From: a virus
Lineage: Duplodnaviria > Heunggongvirae > Uroviricota > Caudoviricetes
Virus record (IMG/VR): IMGVR_UViG_2671180804_000003
Span: 1-43,036 of that record
Direction: 5' to 3' (one strand)
Length of the DNA stretch: 43,036 nt
Position numbers and translations under genes: made by a program. Under the pieces are notes generated by a model. The model was not told the DNA's origin, did not search any database, and worked only from the letters and a program-made list of their open reading frames with translations. Shown here piece by piece: positions 1 to 9,489 of this stretch; the stretch's first letter is position 1, and each line of letters starts with the position of its first letter.

Positions 1-333
1 GGTTTGGGAGAAGCGGCAAAACGGAATGTGGGAACAGGGGAAAATCAGATACCTGATATGTCAGCTTATTCATCAGGATCTGGCTGGCAAAAATTGCCTG
101 ATGGTTCAATTGAACAGTGGGGAAGAATTAATTTCCCGAATAACGCCGCGGCGGTATCTACAAATGTGACTTTCACCATTCCTTTTACGCAGGAGCCAGA
201 CGTAGTGATTGTATATGACGGCGGTTTTGGTGGTGGGAATATGTGGGGCGCAACTAACTGGACGAAAACAGGTTTCGTTGCTCATTGTAACTATGGATTT
301 GAAGGTGGAGCCTTCTACGCGAAAGGGCGTTAA
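1..333 (+). CDS. Tail fibre protein, C-terminal variable part (5' end outside window)
   Basis: ORF open at window start; Gly/aromatic-rich C-terminus typical of fibre tips; immediately followed by a tail fibre assembly gene. Confidence 0.55.
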   Translation, partial: GLGEAAKRNVGTGENQIPDMSAYSSGSGWQKLPDGSIEQWGRINFPNNAAAVSTNVTFTIPFTQEPDVVIVYDGGFGGGNMWGATNWTKTGFVAHCNYGFEGGAFYAKGR

Positions 334-335
334 TT

Positions 336-776
336 ATGAAATATTTGTATGTTGATAATCTGGCGTACCCTTATGCCCTCCAGTCTGTTTACGCTGCAAA
401 AGGCCAATGGCCCGAAGGTAAAGGCGTGGATATAGACGAAGCTATTTTCAGGGAATATTTCCATGATACGCCGCCTGACGGTAAGTACAGAATTACCGGA
501 GACGATGGAATGCCAGCATGGGCAGATGTTCCACCGCCAACACGTGAAGAACAAATTGCATCAGCCGAAACTAAAAAGCAGCAATTAATTAATCAGGCCA
601 ACGATTATATGAACAGTAGACAATGGGTTGGTAAAGCGGCTATTGGTCGTCTGAAAGGTGAGGAACTGGCGCAATATAATTTGTGGCTGGATTATCTGGA
701 CGCACTGGAGCTGGTCGATACTTCCAGTGCACCAGATATTGAATGGCCTACTCCTCCGGCAGTTCAGGCCAGATGA
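336..776 (+). CDS. Tail fibre assembly protein (Tfa)
   Basis: 146 aa; C-terminal LWLDYLDALELVDTS..WP motif characteristic of Tfa chaperones. Confidence 0.7.
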   Translation: MKYLYVDNLAYPYALQSVYAAKGQWPEGKGVDIDEAIFREYFHDTPPDGKYRITGDDGMPAWADVPPPTREEQIASAETKKQQLINQANDYMNSRQWVGKAAIGRLKGEELAQYNLWLDYLDALELVDTSSAPDIEWPTPPAVQAR

Positions 777-1350
777 CATCCGGCGCGGTGCTGGTATCTG
801 TTGCCGTCACCGCGTCAATGTAATCCAGCACAGCGTTAAGCCGGGTTGTTTCTGCCTGCGTCAGTTTCCGCCCGGCCTGTAATTTCAGTTGAATCAGACT
901 AATGGAAGCCATTGCAGTATCAATCAGTGACTGACGCTGTGCTTCTGCCGCGTCTACTGCGGCGCGATGCTGTGCCTCAGTATCTGTCACCCATTTCTCA
1001 CCATCCCATTTATCGTATGGCGTTAACGGGGCGATAGTGGTTGTATTTTCAGGGTAATCACCCGGAGCTGTGATTTCTTTGGCGTCTCCCGTTTCGGTGT
1101 TATAGACGATTTCACCGCGATGGTCTGACACATATTCCCATGATTTTAAATCCACAGAACGGCAAATTGTATAACCAGCTTTATGTGTAACTGGTGCATC
1201 TAAACAAGAACATGCCGGGATACCGACGCCAACCGCAAGATATTCAGTTGATGTGGAAATATATTCCCGCGTTTCGCCATCATAGTTATGTACGATGATT
1301 TCCCCATCATTTAAAGCGTAACCGTCTTTTCCCAAAATAGCCTGTTCCAT
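748..1350 (-). CDS. Tail fibre assembly protein (Tfa), second copy on opposite strand
   Basis: 200 aa; C-terminal LNAVLDYIDAVTATDTSTAPDVIWPELP motif; converges on and overlaps the plus-strand Tfa. Confidence 0.7.
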   Translation of the reverse strand: MEQAILGKDGYALNDGEIIVHNYDGETREYISTSTEYLAVGVGIPACSCLDAPVTHKAGYTICRSVDLKSWEYVSDHRGEIVYNTETGDAKEITAPGDYPENTTTIAPLTPYDKWDGEKWVTDTEAQHRAAVDAAEAQRQSLIDTAMASISLIQLKLQAGRKLTQAETTRLNAVLDYIDAVTATDTSTAPDVIWPELPEE

Positions 1351-1842
1351 TTATGCAGCCCTCACAATGTAGTTAAATGCAATGTTTCGCGGGCTACCAT
1401 CACCGGCGCCGGAACTGACATGATTTGTTCTATCCATTCGTTTACTGTCATTTGTTGTTCCACTCCCATCCTTCCACGAATACAATAACCCGCCATCGCC
1501 AATGCTCAACTGCACCGCAAATACGGATGAACTGGATGAATAAACATCTCTAGCCATGAGTGGGTTCCCTGTCCATCCATGCATTTCATGGTTATGTTCA
1601 AGGATAGATGCCGCCTGACTTGAAAGTAGCAGTCTCGCGGAATCAACACCTCGCCCATCATCCCACCCGCGAATAAACTCACCGCGCAAATCCGGTAATT
1701 TTAACTTTGGGTAAGCCTTTGCCAGTTTTGGGTACTCTTCGGCAGAAAAAGGTGCACCGTTGCATTTCAGCCAACCTGTTGGTGGTGTGGCTGAAGGCCA
1801 CGGAACAGGCACACCAACGGGTAACGCTGAGCCTTCTCCCAA
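1351..1842 (-). CDS. Tail fibre protein with phage tail-collar domain
   Basis: PVGVPVPWP...GWLKCNG...LPDLRGEFIRGWD...HNHEMH matches the tail-collar domain pattern; TTG start in this frame, with an ATG ORF in another frame upstream. Confidence 0.65.
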   Translation of the reverse strand: MGEGSALPVGVPVPWPSATPPTGWLKCNGAPFSAEEYPKLAKAYPKLKLPDLRGEFIRGWDDGRGVDSARLLLSSQAASILEHNHEMHGWTGNPLMARDVYSSSSSVFAVQLSIGDGGLLYSWKDGSGTTNDSKRMDRTNHVSSGAGDGSPRNIAFNYIVRAA

Positions 1843-1982
1843 ATCAATGCGGCAATACCACCAGCAACACTTCCATCAGTATATTTGCCATCCTGCGTTG
1901 CAGTGGCTTCGACTTGCCCGATTCGGAGCATAGTTAATCCTCACTTAGTGTTAAGCGATAAAATCAGAGGGGGAAATATCAG

Positions 1983-2576
1983 TTATGAATAATTGAAAAT
2001 GATGTTCAGATGGGATGGGGCAATTTTGTTGATTGAACACTCCAGTTGTTTATTGCCCCACGATGCGAGCGGATCTCCGCAGTAGGACGCGCCAGCAAGC
2101 GAATACTTGATCGTTGTTTGTGGCGCATTTATCCGCCAGGTAAATGGCCACTCGTCACCGTTAAGCGCATCACCGCATACTGACATGCCACTCATAGCGG
2201 GCCGGAACTGTGTGATAGTGATGGTATAACCAAGAGCTGCAGCCACCCGGATGTAATAATCGCGGTTCAGGCCGCCGGTGCTGATTAACTTTGCCACCAC
2301 GGCGCGCTGGCGATCGCTGACGCCACCGGATTCACCAATCGCACAATCATCTGGTAACCCCAGAGAGCTTTCCCATTCTGACAACATTACCGTCGCTGTA
2401 GGGGGAAAAGCACCAGTAATCAGGCTTTGCGCATCGTTGTCAGAACGCTGAAACGCGCTGCCCAGTGCCCGTAATACCGCAGCCTGTACCGTTCTTTGCG
2501 ACCGGGGCCACGCCCTGCCCGTCGGTAGCAGCGCACCAAGCGCACCGGCATAATCATTTTTTGAAAAGAGGCTCAT
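1983..2576 (-). CDS. YmfQ/DUF2313-like tail protein (Mu gp48-like)
   Basis: 197 aa; position between baseplate J-like gene and tail fibre; sequence family recalled from Mu-like and e14-like tail modules. Confidence 0.6.
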   Translation of the reverse strand: MSLFSKNDYAGALGALLPTGRAWPRSQRTVQAAVLRALGSAFQRSDNDAQSLITGAFPPTATVMLSEWESSLGLPDDCAIGESGGVSDRQRAVVAKLISTGGLNRDYYIRVAAALGYTITITQFRPAMSGMSVCGDALNGDEWPFTWRINAPQTTIKYSLAGASYCGDPLASWGNKQLECSINKIAPSHLNIIFNYS

Positions 2577-3715
2577 ACAAAATTCACCCCGCCAAGCACC
2601 GGAATTTCGCCAACAGCAAAGGTGATATTGGCCGTCGGAGAGTTAAGAATATAGCCCGTCGTGCCGCTAACACCGCCGATACTCCCGTTAATATCAGAGA
2701 GGTAAACTTTCCCGGAACCATCAGGGTTAGCTTCATCAAAAAACAGCGCCGTCAGCGCGTCTTTTATCCCCTGAACTGTGGTGCTGTCGGCATTTTTGAT
2801 CCCAGAGATTTCAATATTGATGACTTTCTTGATCGGGGAACATACGAAAACAATGGCAGTGTCTGTCTGCTGCGGATAGATGTGGTCGGCGACAGCGAGC
2901 TGGTCTCCGGTGGCTTTAACAGCCCCCCAGTCCTCAAGTTGGGATATTCCGTCGGTACCGACCGGAAACCCACCATTGTCATTCCGATCACACATGATAT
3001 ACACGCCAACGGTCCCGGCCCCGTTCAGACGCCGCTTTACCCACGCGCGGGTGACGCCCGAAACCTCAAGCGCCCATTTTTTATAATCGGCGTCGCTTCC
3101 ACCCTGAGGCGGATTCTGCCATGCCAGCAAGCCACGACTGCGAAAATCCTCTTCCGTTTCAATATCGGCTCCGCCGGTCGCAGCGGACAGTAACGTTACC
3201 TGTGGATCCACGCCAGCAATATTCGCGTCCAGGGTCATTATGGTCCCGGCATCAGCGTTACCGCGCGCGCCTCCACCCGTTACATCACTGGTAATATCCG
3301 GCAGTATGGCCGTCACCGCGACGATACCAAATCCATCTGCCTGAATTTTAAGATCTGCATCCGTCCGGTACTGGTATCCGTCCCCGCGGTTAATGATCGA
3401 GCCAACAGGGATAATACAGTCAACACTGCCACTAGCCTGTACCGCAGGCGACTTCGCCGCTGCAGCTGGTTTTCTGAATACCTGCTTAAGGGCCATCCAC
3501 CCGGCGAGATACTCATCGGTAGAGGTAAACGGGTTTGTCTGCAGGGCAATATAGTCAAGGTAGGCGTAATGCAGATGCCCCATCCCCGCATCCATGTCAG
3601 CCAGTACCTTCAGGTTCGCGAAGCGCAGGAGCGCACCAACATCCTCAAGCTCCGCCTGCATAAATTTCCGGTTTCCGTCGCGGAGTTCGCTCAGCGTCGG
3701 TCGTTTAAACGGCAT
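2573..3715 (-). CDS. Baseplate J-like protein (Mu gp47-like)
   Basis: About 380 aa from internal ATG (MPFKRPTLSEL); synteny in Mu-type baseplate cluster. Confidence 0.75.
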   Translation of the reverse strand: MPFKRPTLSELRDGNRKFMQAELEDVGALLRFANLKVLADMDAGMGHLHYAYLDYIALQTNPFTSTDEYLAGWMALKQVFRKPAAAAKSPAVQASGSVDCIIPVGSIINRGDGYQYRTDADLKIQADGFGIVAVTAILPDITSDVTGGGARGNADAGTIMTLDANIAGVDPQVTLLSAATGGADIETEEDFRSRGLLAWQNPPQGGSDADYKKWALEVSGVTRAWVKRRLNGAGTVGVYIMCDRNDNGGFPVGTDGISQLEDWGAVKATGDQLAVADHIYPQQTDTAIVFVCSPIKKVINIEISGIKNADSTTVQGIKDALTALFFDEANPDGSGKVYLSDINGSIGGVSGTTGYILNSPTANITFAVGEIPVLGGVNFV

Positions 3716-3716
3716 A

Positions 3717-4154
3717 TTAACGTTGCTCCCATATCCAGTAAAACCTGAATTCCTGCCAGTCCTTCCCCGGTGCCTGATAGCGGATAATGAGATTGAGCCG
3801 GTCAGGCAGGACGATCCTTGCAACAGGAATAACCTCGCTGACAACGCCATCAACCTTTAACCAGTTGAGCGCTTCACTCGAGTATTCCTCCGCTTTTTTT
3901 GCTACATCCGGGGTCAGTTTTTTCCGCCGTAGCAGCCACAGCCGGGATCCCAGTTGGGATTCCTCCCCGGAATCCCCCCACCAGCCGCGGCGATCGCTAT
4001 CCTCATAATCATCGTCAGCGCGCGCCAGCCTGTCGGTAAACAGGCTGTCCAGTATTGCAGTCTGTAAATCGTTCCCCGTGGTGAGTTCACCCAGCCCTTT
4101 CTGCCAGTCAGCAAACATCTCATCCACATTCCAGAATGAAGCGATGTCACTCAT
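3717..4154 (-). CDS. Baseplate protein, phage GP46 family
   Basis: 145 aa; synteny and GP46-like sequence. Confidence 0.65.
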   Translation of the reverse strand: MSDIASFWNVDEMFADWQKGLGELTTGNDLQTAILDSLFTDRLARADDDYEDSDRRGWWGDSGEESQLGSRLWLLRRKKLTPDVAKKAEEYSSEALNWLKVDGVVSEVIPVARIVLPDRLNLIIRYQAPGKDWQEFRFYWIWEQR

Positions 4155-4735
4155 GTCACCTGATCCTCTGTTTTTTGGCTGCGGATATTGTCATTGCCAC
4201 TCTGGGCATTTTTAACCACATGATCATGGTCATTATGTGCATCCCGCAGCTCTTTCAGTGTTCGGGTATTGGTTTCACAGTTATCAACAATGTCACCCGT
4301 GCACCTCAGGATCGGGGTATTTGCAAGGATCCCCTGGCTGGCATTGATGGTCACGTTAGTGGCGTTATTGACCTCAACATTCTGGCCCTTTGCATCCAGG
4401 AAGATCCCCTTCTCCGTCAGGAGAATATTAAGGCCCCACTGGTTATACATGACCGTTTCGCCCGCTTTCAGGCCTGTATGACGGAACCCCTGATGGTTGG
4501 ACGCAATTACCACCGCGCTGGAACGATCACCGCCAATAAAAGCCAGAACCACGTCAGTCCCTGACGGCAGGCCGGATGAAAAGCCAAATTCTGCCATCCG
4601 CGGAGCGCTGGCCACCTCCAGCGGAGTCTGGTACTGGATAGACTGCACCACCCCACCATCTTTCATAGCCGTGATCCGGCCAATCCCCAGCATGCCGGCG
4701 ATCCTGGTCGCTGCATGTTTAAATAGTTGCTTCAT
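4151..4735 (-). CDS. Baseplate assembly/spike protein (Mu gp45-like, gpV family)
   Basis: 194 aa; synteny between hub and GP46 genes. Confidence 0.65.
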   Translation of the reverse strand: MKQLFKHAATRIAGMLGIGRITAMKDGGVVQSIQYQTPLEVASAPRMAEFGFSSGLPSGTDVVLAFIGGDRSSAVVIASNHQGFRHTGLKAGETVMYNQWGLNILLTEKGIFLDAKGQNVEVNNATNVTINASQGILANTPILRCTGDIVDNCETNTRTLKELRDAHNDHDHVVKNAQSGNDNIRSQKTEDQVT

Positions 4736-5817
4736 GTATTGAATCCCGCCAGGTTCTGGTAGAAGGCATATGGCTGAACGGAGAATGCTTCAGGCGGCAT
4801 CAGCGTCATGCGTGCATGGGTGCCGTAGTCATCGCGCATATAGGTGACTTCTGCCAGTAGCAATTCAGTCTTCGGCAACCGTAAGGTGGGAAGATCAACG
4901 GGGATCAATGTGTTTGGTTCCCACAGTTTCCCGTCTTTATCCCGCCAGGAATCGATGGTTACCGAGAGCTGTTTTGAACGTCCGTACCGCCGGTTCATTT
5001 CCCAGTCGATCGCACTTTGTGCCTGTTGAGTAGCCATCAGGGTACTTTCCACAATCGATATATGTTTTCGGTACCGCATGCGGGCGGCCTCCGGATCTCT
5101 CGCCGTTGCCAGAGTCACAGCGTCATAGGCCGTATCAGGCGAATACCCTGCAATTGGAGAAACGCTCATTGATACACCGACATAATCTGAAAACCTGTCA
5201 GCCATCGATTTGCGGTAGTATGCCTGCTCGACATTTACCCCTTCGGCTATCCCACTTGCCGCACGACGTGTTCCCACCCGGGTCAGTAACAGGTTTCCAT
5301 CGGGCTGATCGTAGTAAAGCAGAGCAGACCATCTGGCCACCCGATCGATGACTTCTTGCGGAGACTCACCCCAGTTCAGAGTGAACTGGGGTACCTTCAC
5401 AAGTTCATCAACATCCGTGGTTACGGTGATGCCGTAGTAGGATGCCAGGCGAGAAGCAATTTCAAGCGCATTACTGGCATTGATGACGTTGTTAGGCCAC
5501 TCGGCTGAGCAATCCACCAGGTCCTGACATTTGCTCCTGCCCGTGGCGCGGACCTCATGGCGGGAGCGCGATAGTGCGGGTTCCCAGTCATCAACATATC
5601 CCGTCAGTGTCAGATCATCTCCGATACGAACTTCACAAGACATTCCCTCTTCAACGAGTTGACGATCTTCGTTGCCAGGGAAGTAATCCATTAGCCCAAG
5701 ATCGAAATCAGAGGGAAAACGCTCAATACCCCGCGTTACCCGGACAGAATCCCACCCCTCGATGATTTTGCCGTCGACCGTCAAAGAAACAACATCCAGA
5801 TCGCTGTCTGCATTCAT
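4732..5817 (-). CDS. Baseplate hub / tail protein (Mu gp44-like, late control D family)
   Basis: 361 aa; synteny downstream of DNA circularisation protein. Confidence 0.65.
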   Translation of the reverse strand: MNADSDLDVVSLTVDGKIIEGWDSVRVTRGIERFPSDFDLGLMDYFPGNEDRQLVEEGMSCEVRIGDDLTLTGYVDDWEPALSRSRHEVRATGRSKCQDLVDCSAEWPNNVINASNALEIASRLASYYGITVTTDVDELVKVPQFTLNWGESPQEVIDRVARWSALLYYDQPDGNLLLTRVGTRRAASGIAEGVNVEQAYYRKSMADRFSDYVGVSMSVSPIAGYSPDTAYDAVTLATARDPEAARMRYRKHISIVESTLMATQQAQSAIDWEMNRRYGRSKQLSVTIDSWRDKDGKLWEPNTLIPVDLPTLRLPKTELLLAEVTYMRDDYGTHARMTLMPPEAFSVQPYAFYQNLAGFNT

Positions 5818-7220
5818 TGCCTCAGTACCTTCATGGTTGTCGGCATAAACGCCGGATGCGGTACGCGCGCTTCCTGTACCAGTTCATCTGCACGGGTGGC
5901 ATCCTGGTATAATCGGTTTGCCAGCGTCAGCGCCGGAAGCGGCTGAGCGGTAGTAACCTGCAGAAGCTCGCTCAGACCAGAAGCACGCTCACTCATCGTA
6001 GAAAGGAATGCCGATCTGACGGCGAGAAGCGCGTTATACATATCATCGTCTGCGCGGTCTCCAGCCAGAACCAGCGCCGTATCAAGTTGCACAGAAACTC
6101 GTTGAGTTAACTCTTCTGCCTCGTCTGTACTGGCTGGTCTGGAGTCCGCAGCGGCACTGGTCATGGCACCAGTACATAGCACAACAATCAGCGTGTTCAT
6201 GGTCGCCGAAATCGCTTTGCTGCTGTCGGACTGCTGGTACTCCGTGCTGATTGAATTAGCCAGTTTTTCCAGCGCTGTGATTCGGTCATTAACGCTGCCG
6301 GCGCTGTTAAGAATTGCGTTTACCACGTCGGCGACGCCCTGGACAAACTCATCAGGTGTGTTGGAGCTGCTAAGCTGGCTCGACCTGTCGGTAACATTTT
6401 TCCGGTCCATTACCGACTGGGCTGTTACCTTGTCAGCCAGTGCTCTCTCATCATCCACATCAGCAACTGACGATTTGCCAGCAACAGCAGAGGAACTACC
6501 GCCCACAGAGCCTTTACTGTAACGTCCGTACCGGGTATTCCCGAACGTGGAGTTCAGGACATTGCTGAGATTCGTGACCTGACTGATGGTGCTGTCAACC
6601 ATGTTAGTCCAGAACGTGACCGTGCCTCTGATGGTGTTTATAGCCTGTGTGACACCGCGGATTTCACTCTTAACTCTGGCAATCGTGCTCAGCACAGCAG
6701 TGCTGACCAGTTTCAGATAGTTGGTTTTCACCGTGGCGCCTGCAACGGTACTGCCCGTGACAGCAAACACTTTAAGCCCTGATTCAATTGCCATCAGGGT
6801 AAATTCAAATACTCGCCCGTTCTCCATCGAACCGGAAATACGCAAACCATTCTCAGGGATGGAAACCGTTAATTCGCCCAGTGTCGGATGGACAAGCGTA
6901 CCGCTACCTTTTTGTTCACAGGCTTCAATCAGTGACTGGCGCTGCGTGATAGCATCGCCGCCGCCGTAAACCTGGCTGTTCTGGATCAAGAAACCGCGAA
7001 TAACAAATCGCCGTGTTGCCCGCCCGATATCCTCTATCCAGGCTGTATCACGGTAGGGATATTCATGTACCGCCTGGCGTCGGCCGTGGCTCCCTTCCTC
7101 AGCAACAATTGCAAATGGCACACCTCTGAATGAGCTGGGCCGTAACTGCCCCTGCCAGTCATCGCTGGTATCTCCCCCCAAAAGAGAAGTTATTGCGTCC
7201 TGGATAATTGACGGCATCAC
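5814..7220 (-). CDS. DNA circularisation protein N-terminal family tail protein (Mu gp43-like)
   Basis: 468 aa; follows tape measure gene; GTG-ATG start preceded by GGAGG. Confidence 0.65.
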   Translation of the reverse strand: MMPSIIQDAITSLLGGDTSDDWQGQLRPSSFRGVPFAIVAEEGSHGRRQAVHEYPYRDTAWIEDIGRATRRFVIRGFLIQNSQVYGGGDAITQRQSLIEACEQKGSGTLVHPTLGELTVSIPENGLRISGSMENGRVFEFTLMAIESGLKVFAVTGSTVAGATVKTNYLKLVSTAVLSTIARVKSEIRGVTQAINTIRGTVTFWTNMVDSTISQVTNLSNVLNSTFGNTRYGRYSKGSVGGSSSAVAGKSSVADVDDERALADKVTAQSVMDRKNVTDRSSQLSSSNTPDEFVQGVADVVNAILNSAGSVNDRITALEKLANSISTEYQQSDSSKAISATMNTLIVVLCTGAMTSAAADSRPASTDEAEELTQRVSVQLDTALVLAGDRADDDMYNALLAVRSAFLSTMSERASGLSELLQVTTAQPLPALTLANRLYQDATRADELVQEARVPHPAFMPTTMKVLRQ

Positions 7221-7232
7221 GCCTCCGGAAAT

Positions 7233-7257
7233 AAAAAAACCGCCATGTCGGCGGTTT
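7233..7257 (-). terminator. Rho-independent terminator-like hairpin (CCGCC-loop-GGCGG plus T7 on minus strand)
   Basis: Forward AAAAAAACCGCCATGTCGGCGGTTT; on the minus strand the GC stem is followed by a T-run. Confidence 0.45.
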
Positions 7258-7560
7258 ACATATGCACTGAAATGACTTATCTATTTATCGCTGGATCCAT
7301 TACGGTCAAGAGATTCGGCGATCCTGTAAAGATGCTCAGTCGCCTTGAATGAGTTCATTAGGAACTCATAAAGCACACGTAAAAGCAATGCACTTACCAC
7401 CGATATCGTAATCGCCGTGAAATTCATTGAGACAACAGAAAAAACGAGGAAAATGCCAATTACCAGGTAAACAAGCGCAAAAACCTTTGGAGTCTAAATG
7501 GCTTTTGCTCCAAAAACTTTTTCATTCATAACTTCTTCCTTAACGAAATGACGACAGTGA

Positions 7561-9489
7561 TCAGTAATTCATGGCCGTTGTTATTCTGCCATTATTTTCC
7601 GCATTATAGGTTTTTCGCTCACCCTTATCATTAACCATTGTGATTTCGAGCTTAAGTGGTTGTTCTGACATTGCCTCTTTAAGAGACTTAGCCAGATTGT
7701 CGCCGAGTACACTTTCATCACTTTTCTTACCCGTATCACTCAGAATGATGGATTCCCGATTTCTGTTCTGCGAGCCTGAGAGAATATCAGTTTCATCACT
7801 CGGGTTACTAAGAGTGCTGGAGTCACGATTTCCAGTTTGCGAACCTGAGATAATGTCATACCGCTGCTGGGCCAGCACATCCGGATTTCTCTTCCCTGAC
7901 CACCGATCATCAGTAATGGCGGTCTGGATGGCGTTTAGCAGTTGTTCCTCAGTATAAGGTTGTGCGCCATTCTCATGTTTAATCATGGCTGCCATTATCG
8001 TTTTTAATGTTTCCGGATCGTGCAGATTTACTTGCTCTTTGGCTCCATATCCAGTGGCTTTTGAGACGGAGTCAATATATGCACGAGTATTATTCTCTGA
8101 TTGCGGAGCATAGGTATGAATAATCCCATCCAGAGTATTATTCCCCCTGTCACCATACAACATCAGCTGTCTCGCCATTGCAGTTCTTCCGTCGGCATCA
8201 TTCGCAAAGGTAGAAAATCCGCCATTTTTACCCGTTGCGTTTGCTGCAACTCTCAAATTACCGGGATTATTATTTCTGAAGCCAATTGCGTTATTCCTTG
8301 TTTCCCCGTAAGGAACATTGCCGCGTGCAACGTTGGATTGTGGCTGGCTGATAGCGGATAAGTCATTCTGCAATTGAATCGCAGAATCGGTCGCGCGGTA
8401 ATTCGCATCGTACCGCTTTCTTACAGCATCAGTCATGAAACCCGAGTCAACCTGCCCACGTTCACTGCGGGGTAAGCTGTTATAAAGTTCCTTATCGTTC
8501 TGAATGCGCCGTAGTTTCTCAGCATCATTGCTGTTGATAAAACCGAGAGCATGAGACAGCCCAGTAAAATCACCATTAGTGAACAGATCGGTAACACCTT
8601 CAAGGCCGTCTTTGACTGAACCATCCGAAAGAATGGTCTTAAGTGCCTTGTTTTTTGAACGTTGCCACAGACCATCCCAGGATGCGCTGAGCTCATTCAT
8701 AGTGCCGTTCACTTCACTCAATTGCTGATTTAGTGCCGGATCCACAGTCAGACCAAATTCATCCGATTTCGCCAGCAGCTTTTTCATGCGCTCACCGTCA
8801 CGCATTAGCGCCAGCAATTCGGGCGTCAGCCCAAGTGCATCAGCGGCGGACTTCTGCTGTTCAGGTCGCAAGGTTGGAAAAATTTTTGCGATAGACTCCA
8901 GTGTTTTAAGGGTATTTACTGAACCATCGCTGTTTTTTTGGATTTGAGCACCAATTTGCGCCATCGCTGCCATAACCCCCTCGTTTTTACCACTGGCAGC
9001 CTCATTGAATGCTTTGAAAATACCTTCTATTGATGCATTAGCGCTCTCGCTGTCTGCCCCAAGAATACGCATTGCCCCGGAAAGTCGGGTAAAATCGTCA
9101 ACGCGCATTCCCGCATTTTTTGCCGAGACATCAAGATTATAGGCCTGACGGGATGCCTCCCGAAATCCATAAGCGACCTGTTTCAGTCCGTAGCCGGCAG
9201 CACCGGCTAACCCCAGCGCCCCCATCTTCCCCGTGAGCTCCCCCACCATTTTCAGAGGGGGAACCATGTCGCCAATAAACTGCACGTTATCCCGCGCGCT
9301 CTTCGACATATTCTCGAGGCGAGAAATAAAACCGCTCAGTCCGTCGGCTGTTTCCTGACCGCCTAACTTGAGCCCTTCTTTAGTTTTATCTAGCTTCGGC
9401 TCCAGGTCACGGACAGCCTCATTAATGCGGTCTATAGCCTCGCTAACCTGGTCGCTGGCCACCAGCTCAAAATCAAAAGAATTACTCAT
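7561..9489 (-). CDS. Tail tape measure protein
   Basis: 642 aa, helical/Ala-rich, directly downstream of the chaperone frameshift pair; tandem duplicated segment near C-terminus. Confidence 0.8.
   Translation of the reverse strand: MSNSFDFELVASDQVSEAIDRINEAVRDLEPKLDKTKEGLKLGGQETADGLSGFISRLENMSKSARDNVQFIGDMVPPLKMVGELTGKMGALGLAGAAGYGLKQVAYGFREASRQAYNLDVSAKNAGMRVDDFTRLSGAMRILGADSESANASIEGIFKAFNEAASGKNEGVMAAMAQIGAQIQKNSDGSVNTLKTLESIAKIFPTLRPEQQKSAADALGLTPELLALMRDGERMKKLLAKSDEFGLTVDPALNQQLSEVNGTMNELSASWDGLWQRSKNKALKTILSDGSVKDGLEGVTDLFTNGDFTGLSHALGFINSNDAEKLRRIQNDKELYNSLPRSERGQVDSGFMTDAVRKRYDANYRATDSAIQLQNDLSAISQPQSNVARGNVPYGETRNNAIGFRNNNPGNLRVAANATGKNGGFSTFANDADGRTAMARQLMLYGDRGNNTLDGIIHTYAPQSENNTRAYIDSVSKATGYGAKEQVNLHDPETLKTIMAAMIKHENGAQPYTEEQLLNAIQTAITDDRWSGKRNPDVLAQQRYDIISGSQTGNRDSSTLSNPSDETDILSGSQNRNRESIILSDTGKKSDESVLGDNLAKSLKEAMSEQPLKLEITMVNDKGERKTYNAENNGRITTAMNY

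Noticed and set aside
2465-3193. 242-aa plus-strand ORF overlapping the baseplate J-like gene
   Set aside because: Antisense to a syntenic structural gene; no start context; Arg/Pro-rich artefact composition
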